From contig NC_068986.1 of assembly GCF_001194135.2 (NCBI RefSeq), positions 46,671,752 through 46,732,810 of the forward strand: 61,059 nt of DNA. The letters run 5' to 3'. Every line of letters starts with the position of its first letter. The first letter of the stretch is position 1. The stretch is from Octopus bimaculoides (Eukaryota). The notes below the pieces were generated by a model, which did not search any database, was not told where the DNA came from, and was given only the letters and a program-made list of their open reading frames with translations. A program made the position numbers and the translations under genes. Shown piece after piece: positions 41,344 through 54,725 of the stretch.

Positions 41344-42229
41344 NNNNNNNNNNNNNNNNNNNNNNNNNNNNNNNNNNNNNNNNNNNNNNNNNNNNNNNNN
41401 NNNNNNNNNNNNNNNNNNNNNNNNNNNNNNNNNNNNNNNNNNNNNNNNNNNNNNNNNNNNNNNNNNNNNNNNNNNNNNNNNNNNNNNNNNNNNNNNNNNN
41501 NNNNNNNNNNNNNNNNNNNNNNNNNNNNNNNNNNNNNNNNNNNNNNNNNNNNNNNNNNNNNNNNNNNNNNNNNNNNNNNNNNNNNNNNNNNNNNNNNNNN
41601 NNNNNNNNNNNNNNNNNNNNNNNNNNNNNNNNNNNNNNNNNNNNNNNNNNNNNNNNNNNNNNNTATGTAAATACGCATTCTTATGAGCACATGTGTACAT
41701 AACACTGTACATAAAATTGTTATATGTATAGTATAAACACACATTCTATTCATGAAAACATAAACGAAGTATACCACAACGGGTCAACTCTATCTTTTTC
41801 TGTAAGAATAATTGCTACATAAATCAGTTAAGTACACTCATGCATTTATCCAAACTTTTAGCCACACACACACACATACACACGTACGACATACACACAC
41901 GCGCGCAACACACACGGATGCACAAACACACATATGCGCGTGCACACACACATGCACATGTATACACACATATTACACCAGAGTTTAGCATGAAATATCG
42001 AGTAAGTAGCGTTATACATAGTACCATCGGTTTACAGTCTGAAATTAGCATACCTGATGCTGGTTGTCATCATTCACTCTATATCCAACAATTGATTGTA
42101 AACATACATACGTGGGCAGGACGCGTGGTTGAGAGTTCTGCTTCGTAAACATGAGGTTCAAGACTTGAAACTACAGTGTAGCACCTAAAGATTTAGGTTG
42201 GACAAACAACTCGTGAGTAGAATTTAGAA

Positions 42230-42273
<44 letters not shown>

Positions 42274-42274
42274 T

Positions 42275-43040
42275 ATATAAATACAGTGTACATTTAAACA
42301 CATAAGATGTATCCGTCATATGATTCCTTGTACGCTAGAATGAACAGCTAAAATCCAAACCACTATTTAGGAATAAACGTCGAAGGGAATGAAAAATAAA
42401 AACATTTACCATCTATCTCCTTTTAGCAGGTCCTTCTAGCGTGCAAGGAATCCTATGACGGATACCTCTTATGTGTTTAAATGTACACTGTATTTATATG
42501 AATAATATATAGTCTATTGACTAAATTTTTTTACACGCTAGGCCATTGGTAGTAGAAATTTCTAATATTTCTTATCTTGATATTATTAATTATTGATAAT
42601 TTTTTCAGGAAAATTTTCGATTGAAAAAGCCGGCATTTTTATTTACTACCGACAAGGAGCTGTGCTTGCGCGGTAGATTTGAAAAATTAGAACGTTAAAA
42701 TTAGAATGTTAAAAATTAGAATGAAAAATTAGAATTAGAAGCACGGGGCATATGCTGGATTGCCTCGTACTTATATGTTTAATCTAGGTGTACCTGCAGA
42801 CGAAGACATCGTCTGACAAATTATTTTACTTGCTAAAAAATGTCTGAAACCATGGTCCAGGAGATAAATGGTAAATGTTTTTATTTTTCATTTCCTTCGA
42901 AGTTTATCCCTAAATAGTGGTCTGGATTTTAGGTGTTCCTTCTAGCCTGCAAGGAATCCCATGACGGATACCTCTTATGTGTTTAAACGTACAGTGTATT
43001 TACATGAATAATATAGTCTATTGACTAAATTTTTTTACAC
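42275..43040 (+). mobile_element. Hammerhead-bearing repeat (retrozyme-like): ~506-nt period plus 5' inverted arm
   Basis: Direct repeat 42421-42535 ~ 42927-43037; inverted arm 42275-42421; related to 58116-58757; internal (AAAATTAGAA..)x4 expansion at 42682-42738. Confidence 0.82.
42793..42861 (+). ncRNA. Type I hammerhead ribozyme with one core substitution (U4A)
   Basis: CCTG-CAGACGA-AGACA...TGTCT-GAAA-C-CATG-GTC-CAGG. Confidence 0.78.
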
Positions 43041-43108
43041 ACATATATATGTATATGTATGTATGCATGTATGTATGTATGTATGTATGTATGTATGTAT
43101 GTATCTAT

Positions 43109-43140
<32 letters not shown>

Positions 43141-43151
43141 ACACATACACC

Positions 43152-43760
43152 CACACCATCCTACTCTTACCTTTCTCGAGATCTCATTTTCCATCTTTCG
43201 CCTCATAGTCAATTCTTGACTGAGATACACATAGCTGCTCACCTCTTCAATTTCATCGCCGACTGTTAGGTGATCGATCGGTACACCTTCAGACCGTATG
43301 AAATTGGTTTTCGGTGAAAGGTGTTCTAAATGCGAACCTAGACAAGGCAACTCGCGACAATCTCTTCAACAGCACAGTCTCGCTTCTAATATTATACGCA
43401 TGTGAGACTTGGCCCTTGATGAAGAGAGAACAGCATCTACTGACGGCGCAGAGAGCCATGGAAAGGTCGATTTTGGGAATCTGGCTAAGAGATTACATCT
43501 GGAACAAGGAGATCATGGATAGAACTGGAGTGAAGGACCTCGTCACAGAATACCATCAGGCAAAGCTACGATGAGCCGGTCATGTCACAAACTTCACAGA
43601 CAATCAGTGGATGCATGCAGTTATCGTGTGGTGCCCGCGCGAACGGAAGAAACCACTCGGAAGACTTCCAATGAGGTAGGAAGATGATTTAAGAAAGATG
43701 TTTGGAACAACGTGGAAGGGAGATAACACGAGGGGAATGGAGGGAATGTTGTGGCCAGCG
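43152..43760 (+). mobile_element. RTE-1-like LINE 3' end with inverted 5' segment
   Basis: 43152-43315 minus encodes PKTNFIRSEG...SYVYLSQELTMRRKMENEISRKVRVGW; 43316-43760 plus encodes the continuation KGVLNANLDKATRDNLFNSTV...LYACETW...AGHV..FTDNQW...PLGRLPMR. Confidence 0.9.
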
Positions 43761-43808
43761 GAGCCGACTCGGCACCAGACAGCTTAGCCGATCCAGATAA
43801 TCCAGGTG

Positions 43809-43849
<41 letters not shown>

Positions 43850-43924
43850 GAAGTTAAGCAACACAAATTCAATAGGTTATAGCAGTACGTACGTTTCGTA
43901 CAAACTCCATTTATTCATGTAGTG

Positions 43925-44096
43925 AGAACACTACAGAAAATACAATGAAAATGTGCTCCTCAGCTAGCAGCATAATCGAGATGTGTTTTCTTCTCTTACT
44001 CTTGTTTTTTGCAAACATCTTCAAAATGACTTTCTAAAATGAAATTCCTTTATGCAGCTGAGGAGTACATTTTCATTGTATTTTCTGTAGTGTTCT
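43925..44096. repeat. ~50-bp inverted repeat (hairpin) running into a gap
   Basis: 43925-43975 is the reverse complement of 44050-44096 with one substitution and a small indel. Confidence 0.88.
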
Positions 44097-44320
44097 NNNN
44101 NNNNNNNNNNNNNNNNNNNNNNNNNNNNNNNNNNNNNNNNNNNNNNNNNNNNNNNNNNNNNNNNNNNNNNNNNNNNNNNNNNNNNNNNNNNNNNNNNNNN
44201 NNNNNNNNNNNNNNNNNNNNNNNNNNNNNNNNNNNNNNNNNNNNNNNNNNNNNNNNNNNNNNNNNNNNNNNNNNNNNNNNNNNNNNNNNNNNNNNNNNNN
44301 NNNNNNNNNNNNNNNNNNNN

Positions 44321-44367
<47 letters not shown>

Positions 44368-44499
44368 TATAGATTATATATACCAATAACATGGTGTTTG
44401 AACTCAATATACATATGCTTCAGATGAAAGTGTTAGCCGAGTACAAAGAGTAGTAAAGGATTATGTGAATGACAATGGAACAAGAAATTATAGAATGAA

Positions 44500-44864
44500 C
44501 CTTACAGGCTATTTCTGCTATACGATGCAATGCTCTCATAGTTAATGCTTCTGTATCACCTTAAACTAAAAAATGAAGTGCAATTGCTTGGGGGAAGGCG
44601 TTTATATATATGAAAAACATCACCAAAATGTAATATCGAGTTTAAATGGAAAAGCCACTCCTAGAAAGATGAACATTTACATAAGTTTGTGAATATATAT
44701 GAGTATACAGATGGGCTTACGATTAACCCCTAAATAAATAACTATTTATTGTTTGTAAGCCTGGTACTTATTCTATCGGCTTCTTTTGCCGGACCGTTAG
44801 TTTACAGGGCCGTAACCACACCAGCATCAGTTATCAAGCGATGGTGGAAGGACAGCCACAAAAC

Positions 44865-44906
<42 letters not shown>

Positions 44907-45030
44907 CACACACACACATATAAAATGCTTCCCAAATAAAATTATACTTCGTTTTTGAAGCTCCTTTAAAGCTCCAAGGTGACACGGAAGCACTTAATTA
45001 TGAGTGCATAGCATCTTCTAGCATAAACAG
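44500..45030. mobile_element. MITE-like unit with ~110-bp diverged inverted ends; a further copy of the left end at 24885-25005
   Basis: TGCTATACGATGCAATGCTCTCATA...GTATCACCTT...GAAGTGCAATT..TTGGG..AAGGCGTTTA at 44500-44605; reverse complement at 44920-45030. Confidence 0.55.
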
Positions 45031-45188
45031 CAATAATCTAATGAGGTTCATAGCCTATTTTTTTCTTCCCTTCTCTCTCTGTCTCTTTCTCTCTTTATCT
45101 CTTTCTCTCTCTCTCTCTCTCTCTCTCAGTCTCTATCAGTCTCAATCAGTCTCTCTCTTACTCTCTTTATATGTGTGTGCGTGTATGC

Positions 45189-45249
<61 letters not shown>

Positions 45250-45905
45250 TATGACACAATTACTTTCAGAAATTTCTTTCACGAGGCTTCGGCCAACCTG
45301 AATTTTCAGTAATTATACATTTGCTTAAGACGCTGCTATCGCAAAATTTTACCCTTTTTTCACATATAGACCATTAAAGTTATTATACATGGTGTTATTT
45401 GTCAGCAGTATATTGTCTCATGCATAGTCTAACATAATTACAAAGCTGAAACATTTCTATGTAATAAACCGTGTATCTCTTCTTTTATTGACTGTTATAA
45501 TATCTACAACGAACTAGGATTCCAAAGTAGAATTGATCAGGTTTGACAAGCCTATATATACACAATTGATTGTTGCAGTCAAACATTTAGAAAAAGAATC
45601 TTTATAAGTAGAATGCTGTATGTAATTTAAAATATACTGATTTCGTTTATTTACTTATCTTAATAAGCTGCTTTATTTTTATTTGATAATACGACAGCAT
45701 TTATTGGCAACATAAAATTGTGTGCATGTGTGTATTTATGTATACATGTACGCATGAACGTATGTATATACCATGTCAATTGTTTTTTTGCTAGTAGAAG
45801 AGGTCTCATATATAACTGTTTTAAAGTTAGGTTACATGTATGAAATACGTTATATTTTATTTGATAATACGATAGTGAATATTGGCAACATGAAATTGTG
45901 TGTGT

Positions 45906-45936
<31 letters not shown>

Positions 45937-46052
45937 CATGTATACATATACATTTGTGTGTGTATGTGTATGTGTGTGTGCGCGCGCATGCATACACACC
46001 TGTATCTACTTTGTCAACACAAACGACGGCTTTTTGATCACAGAGAAGGGTT

Positions 46053-46092
<40 letters not shown>

Positions 46093-46115
46093 AACTACGT
46101 TACGTNNNNNNNNNN

Positions 46116-46152
<37 letters not shown>

Positions 46153-46660
46153 AACTACGTTACGTTTGTTCAAGTTAATGCTATATACACATACATATAT
46201 ATATTATTATTACTATTATTATTATTGAACTGAAATAAAAGGAATAATTTTAACGCATGCGTACAAACGCGCACACATATACATACACATATAATAAACA
46301 TATCTATATATATTCTGAGGATTCCAAACGTATCCTAATTTAATCCTCATTGTCCTTTGTACGCCCTGATGATTTTCCATATAAGGTATTTAAAATGCAA
46401 AATTATATAGTTATATATGTTGTGTAATTTTAATTTTGTCTGTGAAATGAAACAATTGTAGGTGAATATGTTGATTAATTAATAAATTAATTTATATCCA
46501 TTAGATCTCTCTGTTTTCTAACTCGATAATAATGCTTGATACATTACGATATTTTATATAATATATTCATTCAAGAAATAACTCTTCAAAATATAATATG
46601 AATAAATATCTTGGATAAATATCCCTATAAGAGACTTAAACATCCTCATTGGGACTATAT

Positions 46661-46810
<150 letters not shown>

Positions 46811-46984
46811 ACATATATATATATATATAAGCAATGTTAATTCTCTAAATGAAGTATTAACAGTAACTGCCATCGTATGAATATGTATGTATGAATGCAT
46901 GTATGTATGTATTTCAAGCAAGTATGCACATAAATGCAAAACAAGGTGGAAAGTACATAGTACTTGAATATATATATTCTTTTA

Positions 46985-47151
46985 TATATTCATTTGTTTC
47001 AATCATTTGAACGCGGCCATACTGGAGTACCGCCTTTAGTCAAACAAATCGACCCCCAGAATTTATTCTTTGTAAGCCTAGTACTTATTCAATCGGCGGT
47101 TCTTATGGGGACGTAAACACTAACATCAGTTGTCAAGCGATGGTGAGGTGA

Positions 47152-47187
<36 letters not shown>

Positions 47188-47385
47188 GACATATATATAT
47201 ATATATATATACATGCACGCATACATATATACATACGACGGGCTTTTTTCAGTTTCCGTCTAACAAATCCACTCACAAAGCTTTGGTCGGCCCGAGGCTA
47301 TAGTAGAAGACATTCGCTCAAGGTGCTATGCAGTAGGACTGAACCCGGAAGCATGTGGTTAGGAAGCAAGCTTCTTACCACACAA
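46985..47385 (-). mobile_element. SINE family B, full length
   Basis: Head 47232-47385, internal (CA)/(TA) microsatellite, tail 46985-47155. Confidence 0.88.
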
Positions 47386-50300
47386 ATGCGCATACAAGTA
47401 ACAGAACAAAACAAAGACCAGCAAAAGTGCAAAAAACGTTTACAGGTTAGCGCGCTCAGGAAGAATGGAAATAATAGATGATATTACTTGAAGCTGTTAT
47501 ATTAAAAAGTATGCACCTGCTACAAAGGATTTGCTCAAACTTTAAAGAAACAGGAAATGCAAGAGAAAATCAAAATCGCTTCCAATTAAGAAAACCTATT
47601 TTGTAAATACAAATTCAGAAAAAGGAATCTAATATATCGTGAAATTCAATAACTGGGAATTTACTGGAATTCCAGTCGATGAGGAATTAAAGCATGGGTT
47701 TTGAATATGTCTTAGAAGAATAGTTTATTTAGCTTTGTATTACATTACGCCACTTTAGCGAAATGTCAATTAGCTTATTTATCAACTCATTAAACCGTGT
47801 AATAGCATTCGAGTAACCATCAATCAATCATAATTATATATCGACATGGCTCACTACCTGTTTAGCACTGATATAACTATTCATAGTTGTAACTACATGG
47901 TATTTATGATACTGCAATTTGGGGGTAAATTTGAATCTGATCGAAGTGGGTAACCATTATCTACTGTGAAAATATTTCGAAGTCACAGTGAATGTTTACT
48001 AGATGCTGGCCGAGTCATTCCTCTATACTTTTCAATATTATATTTCCAGAGAGAGCCAGGTGCAAAAAAATATTTGTTAATAGGTTACAAATGAAATGTC
48101 ACTACGCCGACGACGAATATATACATCTTTACACCTAGTGCGTCACTCCGTGTTTGTGAGAAGTGTGTTATCAATGATAATGGATTGTAGTATTCGCTGA
48201 TATCTGCAGTGGGTGGCCTAAGTTACTCCAGTAATTGTTCGTAGCTTTGTTACGACCACTAATCAGTTACCAGGCAAACCATATACATATATATNNNNNN
48301 NNNNNNNNNNNNNNNNNNNNNNNNNNNNNNNNNNNNNNNNNNNNNNNNNNNNNNNNNNNNNNNNNNNNNNNNNNNNNNNNNNNNNNNNNNNNNNNNNNNN
48401 NNNNNNNNNNNNNNNNNNNNNNNNNNNNNNNNNNNNNNNNNNNNNNNNNNNNNNNNNNNNNNNNNNNNNNNNNNNNNNNNNNNNNNNNNNNNNNNNNNNN
48501 NNNNNNNNNNNNNNNNNNNNNNNNNNNNNNNNNNNNNNNNNNNNNNNNNNNNNNNNNNNNNNNNNNNNNNNNNNNNNNNNNNNNNNNNNNNNNNNNNNNN
48601 NNNNNNNNNNNNNNNNNNNNNNNNNNNNNNNNNNNNNNNNNNNNNNNNNNNNNNNNNNNNNNNNNNNNNNNNNNNNNNNNNNNNNNNNNNNNNNNNNNNN
48701 NNNNNNNNNNNNNNNNNNNNNNNNNNNNNNNNNNNNNNNNNNNNNNNNNNNNNNNNNNNNNNNNNNNNNNNNNNNNNNNNNNNNNNNNNNNNNNNNNNNN
48801 NNNNNNNNNNNNNNNNNNNNNNNNNNNNNNNNNNNNNNNNNNNNNNNNNNNNNNNNNNNNNNNNNNNNNNNNNNNNNNNNNNNNNNNNNNNNNNNNNNNN
48901 NNNNNNNNNNNNNNNNNNNNNNNNNNNNNNNNNNNNNNNNNNNNNNNNNNNNNNNNNNNNNNNNNNNNNNNNNNNNNNNNNNNNNNNNNNNNNNNNNNNN
49001 NNNNNNNNNNNNNNNNNNNNNNNNNNNNNNNNNNNNNNNNNTATATGCCCAATGATATGTCCAACAAAATGCACCAAGGACAAAGTCGCTAATAACATAC
49101 CAAAATGTTGTCTCTCCCGAAACGATTATTTGCACCAACTTAGACGATCAACCCAGCTACTGAAATGATAAAAAACAATTTCTTAACATGCTTACCAGGA
49201 ATTTGCGTGGTTAGTTGCATGCTGATGTGATTAATCTCTGAAAAGATTCTGTCTTGATGTTTAAAATTATTTTCACGCCTAACCACAAATTCAGGTCTTA
49301 GATATTGGCGTTTAGAACTCTGCCAATGTTCTTGCTAAAATTCCTTCGACATTGCTTTCATCCCAATACATATAAAATAGAGATATAGAAACTTGCATAA
49401 AATGAATAGTGGCCTTTCAGTAAAATATTTCTTATCTTTTATTTCTTTTGCTTCCAAAATCAATATTACGTACTAAATGTAATAGGAAATTAAAAAAAAA
49501 ATCCAATCACATAATTATAAAGAATCTAATTTTAAGTAATAAACTAAAATAATTATGTTAGATTGCTAATGTGATTTAGTTAAGGAATATTAAAATCTAT
49601 ATTAAAAATCTAGAATTAAAGTTGCTGTGTGACTGGGAAATTATCTGATTATGAAAATAATATCATTACTTAAAATTTCTAATAAAGTCTGGGAACTTTA
49701 TAATCTCTTACAGCTTGATAGGGTGAATAGTTGAGAAACTGTACAGAATAGCATGTGTGGTATTCTACGAGCGTTCTAGAGAAGAATGTATGGTTATAAA
49801 ACAAACTCATCAATTTGATAAAATGAGGATAAGGTTGAAATTAAAAGAGATAGAGAAAACCTATTAAAAATGGTAATTCTATTATGTGTGGAGTACAAAA
49901 GGATATTCGTAAGAAGGAAGAAGCTTGAGACAGATGAATATATAAAATAATTCCTTCTCAGTGTAGAAAATTCTTCCAAATGTTGTATCTGTAAAATTTC
50001 ATCAAACCAGCAATTATTACTTTTTATGAGAGAATAATTTGCTGTCCCAACCACCACCGTAAATTCTAAACCTAAATGCCTAAATCCAAAAAGACATACC
50101 CATGGAATGCAATGGAATTTCAATACGGTGGTTAGTTTGATCATATGCGCTAAGTCTACAAGGACACAATGAAACATCCACATTTCTGCTTCCTCTCTCA
50201 TACACATATCCGTGTATGGACGTAAGTACGTACGTACGTATGTATGTATGTATGTATGTATGTATGTATGTATGTATGTATGTATGTATGTACGCACGCA

Positions 50301-50729
50301 CGTATGTATGTATTGTATGTATGTATGTACGTATGTATGTATGTATGTATGTACGTACGGATGTATATATGTATGTTGATTTCTTTGAATTTTATATAAG
50401 TCCTTTTTAAGAGAGTTCAAACTAGTTGCTAACAAAACGACTTTTTGAGTTATGAGAGTTCTCAGTGTTTGTAAATATTTGACTGAGTTGGTGGGTTTGT
50501 TGGGCTGCCGATGTACACACCTAAATGTGCGTTTATTCATCTAAAGAATCTCAGATTGAGAATTTTTGGAATGTCTTACAAATCTACACGGTGCCACGAG
50601 CAGACTGGATTTTCAGAAACCGCGTCTATTTCCTTTGCTTTTCGAAAACCTTTGTAGCTGTAGTTTTTCTACTGCGTAAATTTATAGGTACATACCCTAA
50701 TGCTTCTATGATGATAGGTACAAAGGAGA

Positions 50730-52045
50730 ATTAATAACCAAGGTACTGGGGTTGTAAGTTCCACATTAATTCACCATAGATGTTCTCTTTTACCTGAACT
50801 TTTACTTGGGGCATTCACATCCGCTGTGTAGCTAACCTCTGTCACAGTGCATGACTTTTGTTTCATGTTTCAATATCGCGTCTGTTGTGTTTGCACCGAA
50901 TTGCTGTTTTTATTGAAATGTTCCACCTGTATTCCTTGTTTTTATAGGTTTGAATACATTCTGGTTCTGAAATGCCTCTCAAGTATACCTCAGGACAATC
51001 CTTCCTGCGGATAGCGTTATAAATGGTCTTTGCAACTATATCATGTGTCAAAGGCAGGTATTGGCTTGTAGGCGTTTTGGGGAAGATGCTGATGATGTGG
51101 GTGATATCTTCCACATGGGTATAACAGAGCCGACCTTTTCTATCACAACGTGAAAATTTTGTGGTATCTTTGTCTCTCTTGTTTATCAGATATTTAGCTG
51201 CTTTCTCTGTTCCTGGATAGCGAAGGCATATGTTTCTATGTGGGATGTAATGTATCTGTCACAGATCCAGGAGAGGCTATTCTTCCCGTCAATGCTGTCG
51301 TTATCCTTTAGCTTACAGATATGTCGCCATGCATGGCTTTTTGCTGGTATGCTTCTTGTCCAAGCTTCTCTTTAGGTAGGCCAGTCCAGCCTCTTTGGGT
51401 TGAATGAGAGAGAATACCTGCTGCTCAATAGTTCTTCTCCACCGCTGAAGATGCTGCACATGCACGGAATGTACTTATTTCTTTCTTTAATATTTAGCAG
51501 GTGTTGTCTGAGTGATACAATGCGACATACAAAGGCTGTTTTGACTGACCTCGTACCTCTGCCGCCATCACTTCGTCTCATATACATTCTGTAGGTGTGG
51601 CTGTTGATGTGGAAGTTGCCAGTGGTGGTCAGTACCTTTCTAGTTTTGATCTCCAGGCTGCGGATCTTATCAAGTGTCCAGTCCAATGTCCCAAATATCG
51701 ATACTAACATTGGCACTGCAAAAGCATTGTGAGATGTAGTCTTACTTAATGCAGACAGCTCTGAGTTCTTTATTTTCAGGCATCTACAGAAGTACTCTTT
51801 TGCTATTCAGGCTTTAGTTGATGCACCTACGTATGCAACATTCTCATCGATTCCGAGATACTTATAGTTTTCGTGGTTGGAGAAAGGAGAGGCACACAAG
51901 TCATTTATGTACATGTTCTCTATCTGGTCTATGATATTTCCTCGGTTGACTATCAAGTATTAGCATTTATTTTGTCCAAATTCCATTTCTATGTCTCGTG
52001 AGAATGTTGTGACTAGTTCTAGTTGTCTCTTGATGTTGTTATCAG
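50730..52045 (-). mobile_element. R4/Dong-type LINE, 5'-truncated
   Basis: RQLELVTTFSRDIEMEFGQNKC; FGTLDWTLDKIRSLEIKTRKVLTTTGNFHINSH..YMRRSDGGRG; EDITHIISI...YLPLTHDIVAKTIY; WNISIKTAIRCKHNR. Confidence 0.9.
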
Positions 52046-52398
52046 AATATAATTTTAGGTATCAACAAAAAATGCCTTGGTGACATTAATTTTATTCTGT
52101 TCTGCATATCCCAGCATGTAGCCTTGGCATTTTGTTAAGAGGGACGACAAGGGTTTCACTGCCAGTATGTACCTACGTACGGATATATGTATGTAAGTAT
52201 GTATGTATGGCATGTATGTATGGATGGATGCATGGATGCATGCATGCATGCATGCATGTATGTATGTTAGTATACATATATATCATATATACACGCACAA
52301 ATACACACAACGCATACATCGCATACCTAAACACACATACACAAATGTACACTTGCACACATTAAAACTCATATATACATGCGTGTTTGTATGTGTTT

Positions 52399-52442
<44 letters not shown>

Positions 52443-53959
52443 ATGTTTCTCATTCTTGATCCTTTATATGTAAAAAGAGCGATTGTTTTCTATCGAAGAA
52501 ACATAATATCAACATTGCAAATCAGACGTCAACAACCGTTTAGAGTTACATGCTGAACTTTAGAAACATTTTACACATTTGCACTGTTGTACCGTCGCAT
52601 ATACAAATTGAATTTAAATGATATGGGTTAGATTTCTTTCTTTGAAAATAATTTTAAAGGTTATTACTTAGAGTCACTCTTAGTAACATGACTAAGCGGT
52701 ATCCAGCGAAATTAAAGGTTTCAAAACAGTTTCCTATAAATGTTTTCCTACAAATTTTCAATGAACTGTTCACATCCTTTCTCAACTGACTTCTGCATAC
52801 GTTTGTTTTTCTGTCTCAAACAATTCTTTCAGCCTTGAGTTTGTATTTGGAGGAAGTTTTTCAGTGAAACGTTCCATCATTATTCTATCTGCTGAAAAGG
52901 GTGAATGTACATTCGCTATTGTTCGTGTTTATCAGAGAACTGTCTTGACTATTGATAGCATTCTATATTATTTTAGCAGCAACATTACTTCGATAATGGA
53001 AGTAATGTTGTTCTCGTCGCGGCTGCTAATCACGTACCTAATGCTTCACACAGAAATGCAACATAGTAGGTGCTTTTGTTCTCTTTTTGTTTTGAGGCTT
53101 TCACAGACTCTTCTGTTAAACACGTTTTTTAATGGATGTCTTTTACTGATTGACTGTAACGGCAAAACTTTCAGAAATGGGACGTAATACAACAATCAAA
53201 AATCTTTGTCAGTTATAACATAACTTTTAATTGATGTACTGATTCGGTCTCTTCCACATGTTTATTAAAATACATCCATCCAGAAGATATGAGGTCCCAT
53301 AGAACGTTTTTCAGTATTGGGTGACTCGCCAGATTTTCACATGGTTTATGTATTTTCAGAGTGATACTAAATGACGCACGCCTGGAAGAATTTTGGGATT
53401 TTTTCCTTTCATTTGTTCTACAATATATCGGTTCAAAATCAACATTTCCATACAAGATTCTACGTTGTGATATTTGTTTTCACACCAATGGAGCATAACT
53501 TCATACAGATGAGATAAATATCCTGAATTTTTAATCATTACTAATGCTGCAAAACACGTAGTAGGATATTGTTTTATTGTAAGTGGAAACTTCCCTGTGG
53601 CATAGTATAGTATGTAAGATGTAATATACATTATTCACTCTAACTTCCTTCAGAACACTTAAGTGTGTGTTTTGATGCTATTTTTTCATCTTCACCCCAC
53701 TGGAGAAAGTGTCGGTTTCTAATTCAGAAACAAAAACTTTTCATTGGAATCAACAAGGTAGTCATATATATATATATATANNNNNNNNNNNNNNNNNNNN
53801 NNNNNNNNNNNNNNNNNNNNNNNNNNNNNNNNNNNNNNNNNNNNNNNNNNNNNNNNNNNNNNNNNNNNNNNNNNNNNNNNNNNNNNNNNNNNNNNNNNNN
53901 NNNNNNNNNNNNNNNNNNNGTGTGTGTGTGTGTGTGTGTGTGCGTGTATGTATGTATAT

Positions 53960-54625
53960 GCATACGTGGGCACAGGACGTCACGAAAGGTTTACAGCAAA
54001 AATACGAAGTACGAATACATAGAATATGAACTATTTTTTCGAACAAGGAAAGACATAAATTGAAAACAAGACAAACAACGCAAAAAACTACCCTTCATCT
54101 GTTGTTGGCTGTTTTTATACTCTCGTATTTTGAGCATTTAACAACAAGATGCGCTTTCAATAAAACAGTTCGTCCCGCAATGCAAGTTATTTAAAATTTG
54201 GGATTTTGCGGAGGGTAAAAATTGATAATACAAACAGGACAGTGAAAACAAACAGGAAGGGCGGCTAAGCCTCAACAAGGCTGTGGTGGTGAACGCGTAA
54301 AGCAAGCTAGGACAGGAGACTGACAAGAATACATCTTCCTTGATCCAGCTACAATGGAGAAAAAAAAAAGAAATCCAGGTTCGGAGAAGAAAGATGGCCG
54401 GTGGTCACGACGGAGCCACGTGAGTAAGGGAGGAAGAGTGAGGGAGAGAGAGTGACAGACTGAGAACTGTGAAGGGGAGAGGAAAAACTGGAGATAGGAT
54501 AAGGGAGAAAAACAGGAGGAGGAAAGGGAGAAAAGAAGAGAGGAAAAACGGGAGTAATAGGATATAATAATGGGAGAAGAGGAGGTAAAAAAATAAGAGA
54601 GAGAAGGAAAGAAAAGCGAAAGAGT
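53960..54625 (-). mobile_element. Interspersed repeat (probable Penelope-type terminal repeat) with hammerhead-like relic at 54109-54168
   Basis: Homologous to 19480-20160; bounded by microsatellites. Confidence 0.45.
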
Positions 54626-54626
54626 A

Positions 54627-54659
<33 letters not shown>

Positions 54660-54664
54660 CATAC

Positions 54665-54725
<61 letters not shown>

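Noticed and set aside
46080-46165. Duplicated ATATAAAACAAACTACGTTACGT either side of a 10-N gap
   Set aside because: Typical unmerged contig overlap, so an assembly artefact.
49108-49166. Minus-strand segment with good acceptor and donor
   Set aside because: All three frames contain stops; non-coding use cannot be supported.
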